Assembly (NCBI GenBank): GCA_964036045.1
Contig: OZ038378.1
Span: 3,410,001 to 3,474,000 of the forward strand
Direction of reading: 5' to 3'
Source: Eutreptiella sp. 'Long Island Sound 2002'
Lineage: Eukaryota > Protista > Euglenida
DNA length: 64,000 nucleotides
The notes under the pieces are model-generated. The model saw nothing but the letters and a program-made list of their open reading frames with translations. It had not been told where the DNA came from and made no database searches. Below are positions 57,951-64,000 of this stretch, one piece after another; position 1 is the first letter of the stretch, and every line of letters starts with the position of its first letter. Position numbers and translations under genes: made by a program.

Positions 57951-60944
57951 GCCCACGCACATGCACATCCAAATAGACCCAAATACAATGGCACTCAGTG
58001 GCAAGAACATATGTGCAAGCGGGACTTTTTGCCTGTCCAAATGCTTGAAAGCTAGAGAAACGGTCGGCTGGGCCGAAAGCGCTGCTTTGATGTAACAATT
58101 GTCCTACATAACACGCCAAGGGTTAAGCATGAGGTAAACATGACTCCACCTCAGGGAACACAAGGAGCACTTTTTGCTTATTGGGTTGCACCCATGTGCA
58201 CTCTTCTTGTTCTGCCGAAATTCCCATTTGCCCACCATTCGGTGGAGCATCACAACCCGTGGTTTTCATGCCACAGCGCCTCGCAACCAACTTTGTCTCA
58301 AGAGCACTTAGCGCGCACAGTCTGCGATGACACCTCCCGAAGAAGTACGGGAGTATACAAGAAGCCCTGGACAATGTCTTCAAGCCCACCCTCGCGACTT
58401 TAAGTGACCAGCTAAGCAGAAACATTTGCAAAATGTGAATTCCTTCACTCGCAAAGTGCATCTACGTCAGGGTGATTCCGGGGATGTGGCGCGCACATAG
58501 TGTGGTTGATGTTTGGGAACCAACTTCGTATGCCACCACAAGGGGCTTGCATCTCATGGCGAATAGCATTTAGGCGACTCGGCAATTATAATACCAAACT
58601 AATGCCCAAATCGTAATATCGAAAATTTTGCAAATGATGAATTGGTCAACCTAGACCCTAGAAGATGAGCATTTATCGTTGCAAATTAATGAGCTCTGTT
58701 ACAAAATACCAAGGACTCTTGGACCCTCCGAATCAACCTTTTTTCCAGCCGGTGTTATACTGCAATGGTAGTGTATACATACTTGGTGGTCTTAACCTTC
58801 TTAGACCCCAAGGGGTGGTGCCCTTAGCCCGCAGGGGTGGAAAACTTGGACCTCTCCAAGGGGTCTACCCCTGAATGCTAACGCTGATAGGTGAACTATG
58901 CTTACCCTTGAAACCCGCCTAGCACGGCACATTGCAAGACGACTTGGCCCCGGATAGTACAGGGGCAAATCTAAGCCCCAATGGCGCTGCTTGCAGTGCG
59001 GATTCTAATAGTTCAACCGGTGCGGAGACTCCATGGTCTGCTCACCATCGTAGCCACATAATGCATGTCGACGGATAAACCGTATTCCACGGGTTAGATA
59101 GCCGAATACTCCTGGGTGGTGGGTTTAGTGCAAGGCCAACCCAAAGCAAATAAGTGCAAATCACATGCAGCGCGAAGGATCGAGACATTCACAAAGTGCC
59201 TATCTACGGTGAAATTGGTGCTTCCTCCCATTTAGCGGTGAATTGTGCCCCACCTGACGAACACTTGATGCATCTTCGTTGTGCCCTCATTGCAACCTAA
59301 TCGTTCGTGTCATGGTGTACAAACGCAACTACCAAACGGCGTGCAAGGTGCTTATCCGTGCTTGTGCTTGTTGCCTACAACGATGCAATTTGCTCCTCAC
59401 TTTTTCAAACCTTGTTGCAAGCGCACCCCGCAACGCTATTGTTGTCGCCACTTGAATAAGAAGCGTTTAGTGATGGCGGCAGGAACATTTTGTGCACCAA
59501 GTAATCCAATGCTTGCATGGCCAAAATAGGCTGTTTTGGAAATGCCAAAATCAACAAGCCGGCCTTTGTACGCCAACTCATGCACACCAGCAAGTCAGTT
59601 GTAGCTCTCCTCGGCGGCTTTCAATTATCGTTGTACATTCCCCAAGCTTGAGGTTGCTTTCAAATTCGCAACCACAAGACCGCCTCAACCTCCTTTTCAT
59701 GCAACGATTTCTCTTTAGCAAGATCCTCCACAATTCCCTGTTTTGCCTATATCTTTACCCTTCTTCACGACTTGGCAACCAATTGCAGCCCTCTGCTACA
59801 TCAAGCAACCGGTGTTTCATTGCAGTACTGAAACAAGAACAAGTGGTTGGATGTGTAGGAGTGCTTTTGTTTTTTGATGGGCCCTTGGGAGATGGGCATG
59901 GTTCCAAAGCCCTTTTGCCCTTCAAACACATTTTGTTGCCCCAAACCACCGTCCTTTCTTGCCGATTTGATATGGTGCACGCATTGTGTCATCTCACGAG
60001 CCTCTTTCCACTTCTAGTCCTTTTTGTGTACCACACACCAACCAGCGGTCGTCTTCAAAGTGGAAGTTCGTTCGCAATTAGACTTTGTGTTCATGAAATT
60101 GGCGCCGTGGTTCTGATGCTTTGGGGCTGCCTTAATCACTTTTTCGGGTTTTCTTGGTGTTTTCTTGCCAGTACATCGTTTGAAGGTGTGACCCTTTGCC
60201 CATTGGTTGCAAACTTGAAGGTTGAGGTCATCACTCTATTTGTGATCTTGCCATGCCTCGCCCTCAAAGAGTCAATGATGGGGCCCACACAAGAACTCAA
60301 GGAGATCTTTCGAAGCCCATCGATACGCCTTACAAACTCAAACACAGGATCACGGGAGCTGCCTTTGATGTCCCGCTGAGCGGGTTGGGGACATGTGGGG
60401 GGCGGGGGTGCCATACCGGCTGGGCACATGTGCTGGTTGGTATTTCTGGGTAAGAGGCAATCTTTGCCACATCCAACACTCCGCAACCCCAACCCACTCT
60501 ATCCACCACACCTTTCTTGGCTGTCTCCAAAAAACGGTCATCAATTGGTGGATACCCCAGCCATGGAAGGATGGAAGGTGCCCAACACGGCACCACGTAG
60601 GGCTGAGCAATGGACGGTGCTTGTTGAATTTATTTCCAATTAGTGATGCCACCATTGCAAATCGTGCAAGCACCTCATGTTGTGCCAAGGCACTACAATC
60701 ACAGTTTGCCTCGCTTGTGATTTCGAGTTTTGAAGCAACATATAAACAAAAGCTATTGAAAACGTCATCAAATGTGGACACAAACATAATGGCGATTGCA
60801 ATGGATTCAAGTGTGGTATGCGCATTCCCGGGAAAAGAAGATGGGATTCCAAGGTGCAACCCACCCGCGGCAAGACCCGGCACGGGTGCTAGAGATAGCA
60901 AAGGGAGGAGGGCAGGACAAAGACAAATTGAGCGTGAAGGAAAC

Positions 60945-60951
60945 ACATACA

Positions 60952-60989
<38 letters not shown>

Positions 60990-61041
60990 CGGGGAGGGGA
61001 GGCGAAGGAGGGAGACAGGGAGGCAGACAGAGAAAGACACG

Positions 61042-61085
<44 letters not shown>

Positions 61086-61190
61086 AAGAGAGAGACAGAG
61101 AGAGCAAGAGAGAGATAGAGGGGGGGGGGGGCGCAGATAGAGTGTGTGAGAGAGAGAGAGAGAGGGGGAGAGAGAGAAACAGAGCGAAAA
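60945..61190. repeat. Compound (CA)n/(GA)n microsatellite
   Basis: Visible directly; it produces the spurious long low-complexity ORFs here. Confidence 0.95.
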
Positions 61191-62055
61191 AAGGTTAGAC
61201 ACAGACAAAGGTAGGGTGTCGGAAAACAAAGAAGAGTGAAACAAAAATAGGATGTCGGGTAAATAGTACGTACATATAACGTATGCAGTATTGAGAAGGC
61301 CTTGGTAATGAAGAAACGACAAGGACAAAGACAAAGAAAGAGGGTGAGTGACGGTCTGAGGCATATGCATATGACATACGATGAACAGCTTGCGAGGACG
61401 ATACACGGGAAGGACGGTGTGGCGGCAAGATACATGGAGGGGGAACAGAGGTCTCAAAGAAGTCGCTAAAGAATATTGAAACCCACTCGCTGTATGTATC
61501 CTTCCTAGCTGCTACAACTATCTTCCGTACCAACCTTTGTGTGGCCATGACACTTACTAAGCTGCCTCACCACACACATACAAGCAGTCTTTTCGGTTGC
61601 AGCTATGCAATAAAACACAACATATCAATCACCTTCACACCATCGCGTTCCATCCATACATCCAAATTGGCCATGACAATTATCACGTCATAACATCATT
61701 CCCTATCTCAATAACCACGTTCTTTACTCTACATTGCCTCAGCAAAGAAGAGCCAAACCGCAGCGCCGTTTCCGCCGGCTTTGCACATCATCATGGACCC
61801 GTATTTAGCTCTACATCACCGCTTCATAATCACGCCGTAACATAAAAGAGAGGGCCGCCAATAGCTCAATGGCACTATTTAAAAGCTATAAAAGGCTCAA
61901 ATTAGGCCCGGAATGTAGCACAACCAAACAAAAAGGATGCAAAACAATACGAAAAGCATCCTTTTCCAAGTATTTGTGCACAGATTGAGGTGACAACGTC
62001 AATGGCACAATTCGCAACACTATTTTGCCTCAAGAGACGATAGTACATAACACGC

Positions 62056-63295
62056 TCAAACCTCAACGATGCATGACATATGCATAGTATATAAACAACA
62101 TACCAAGCGGCGCACATATAGCAACAAATCGCAGGCATAAATCATCACCAAGGCATCCAAAATGAATGTCGAAGAAAGCAAAGATGGCCAGGAAGCAACA
62201 AAGCACGCATTCCCCAGTATCTTGCGCCATGTCACGTCACACAACTAAATGAAATACGTACACCAATAGTGCCCGACGGCCCCCTCAATTGGAGGAGCAC
62301 ATGGTATGTACAAATGTTGTCATGTTTGGGTCCAGCCAACACTCATGTACCACACCTCGTCATGTAAATGTATACACATAAATGCCTCGATAGCAGCACA
62401 GAGACTTGCTCAATTACCAAGCATTGCGATCCATGACTGCGGACGCGTGGCAAGAACAAAAAGGATGCGCAATCACCCATTCCGTTAGATCGCTAAACAC
62501 AAACCACAGAGACATGCGCCGCGCGACGCAAACCACGGTACTTGCAATACACAACTTGTCACAAGTGCAGTAGGCAATCAAATATGGTACAATATATACG
62601 CAGTGCCAGCTGCCGCGAAACCAAGGTATGTGCAAGACACTCACTGCGACAAATGCAATAGGCAATCTATACACAACGCCACCTGCAGCTAAGAACAAGG
62701 CACCGAACCGGTCTACCGAACAACCTCAATGCCGCAGCTATGGTACAAAGCACGCCAAGTTAAAAACTCTATGCTTTCCATGGCAACGGTCAACAAAACA
62801 AAACAACAACGAAATTTTGGGACACAGAAGAAAAACAACCATTACTTACTACCCAAAATCATACTCCGCCCTTCTGAATGCACCCCCTTACAATCAGATG
62901 GAGCGAAGCAATGCATGTTTTGATACTTCAATAACAACACATTTATGGATCCTCAAATCTGACACACCAAAGCACACCACATGGATCGCTACCTCCATCT
63001 TACTTTGAGGCCTGCCCCATCCTACGACCTAGATGCGCTTATGCTTCCAAGGCGCCATTGCATTGAAAACCTCCTCTTCGGACGGAGCTTTGGCAATACC
63101 AGCATGCTCCCGGCGGATGAAACTGAGGGGTCTCTCCGTGCAATAATGACCCTCAAACAGTGCATCAACTGTGTTACCCTTACCCTTGTCGTCGTCAAGG
63201 ACCATCATTGCTTTCATGAACCAGTTCGCATCTTTTCCTTGACCACAGACGGCAGGGCAAGCTTGTCTCATGTCCGTAAAACTGTTTATCCCCAT
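62056..63295 (-). pseudogene. Highly decayed non-LTR reverse transcriptase remnant
   Basis: APSEEEVFNAMAPWKHKRI*VVGWG resembles the RT N-terminal P.T.EEV..A...K..KA.G.DG motif. Downstream SWPSLLSSTFILDALVMIYACDLLLY resembles SP.LF...LD.L / YADDLLL. Many stops. Confidence 0.4.
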
Positions 63296-64000
63296 GCAAA
63301 ACTAGCTTTTACAGCACGGAACAACCCGTATGCTTGAGTACATGGCCATCTCCACAACACGCAATCCACGACACAAGAGAGGTACAAACATCTCCGTTGT
63401 ATCGGCATTCTCCTCGTGGAAGTGCAACCGGGGCAGAAGCACACGACTCATCCTAATACCATTATCCAAAAAATGACATTGCATCACAGCTTTATCGTAC
63501 TTAGCATGGTCGTCTTCATTGGCTCTGGCTACTCAGGAGAACGGGTCCATAACACTAGAAGGAGCGTTAGAGATGCAGTGAGCCGGTACAGCTACTCCAC
63601 CGTGAGGGCCCTTGAAGTCCATCATTGGGCAATCAAGCCACTCACTACCATGATGGTTTATTGGCATCGTACAAAAGGGTGCGCCAAGCGTGTACAGTCC
63701 ATCCCACGTGCGCTATCGACCAACAGCCGTAGCACCGGCAACAACGATCTTGCTTCCGGTGGCGAACGTCGCAAGCTCACCTGTCGCTCCCTATTCGAGA
63801 GGCATGGCTATGGGCCCAGCCAGATGATGCGTCAAAAATACCATACTAGGACATGTTTTTGTCTCTCCCTCCATCTTTCCAATCCTACGCGACAAAGGAG
63901 ACACCTCCACATAACACATCCGCTGAGCACTCAAACAAAAAGTATGCCTCGATCAGAACAAAGAAACCACACCTAAACTCAGTATCTAAGCAAAGTCCCT

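Noticed and set aside
58150-60800. DIRS-like element (possible DLQWW/GWG RNase H remnant and tyrosine-recombinase-like remnant, minus strand)
   Set aside because: The motifs are short, in different frames and riddled with stops; a translated HMM search is needed before any call.
60350-61457. 361-aa and overlapping long ORFs
   Set aside because: These arise from (CA)n/(GA)n runs that lack stop codons.

Overview
Repeat-rich eukaryotic nuclear DNA, most likely from a euglenid. This is inferred from a match to the Euglena spliced-leader (SL) exon ACTTTCTGAGTGTCTATTTTTTTTCG, recalled from the literature rather than searched. Three host genes are supported: a four-exon GT-AG gene encoding a tandem PUB-domain protein (5950-16584, +), a bZIP-like coiled-coil ORF (22373-22798, +) and an intronless secreted S28 serine carboxypeptidase (36872-38353, +). 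A divergent histone H3-like reading frame lies at ~52.0-52.3 kb (-). The rest is mostly mobile or repetitive DNA: an unclassified multi-ORF DDE-transposase region marked by five copies of a 22-bp palindrome, a Helitron2/Helentron-like non-autonomous family, PIF/Harbinger-like derivatives, a TA-flanked MITE, decayed LINEs, short poly(A) retroposons with target-site duplications (TSDs), a ~8.8 kb dimeric satellite with higher-order duplication, and microsatellites. The standout observation is a genomic SL copy plus a truncated SL relic directly in front of the S28 start codon. This is the pattern expected from repeated cycles of trans-splicing and retroposition, as described in dinoflagellates. 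No CRISPR array, rRNA or intact tRNA was found. All family assignments come from motifs read by eye; no database searches were run.
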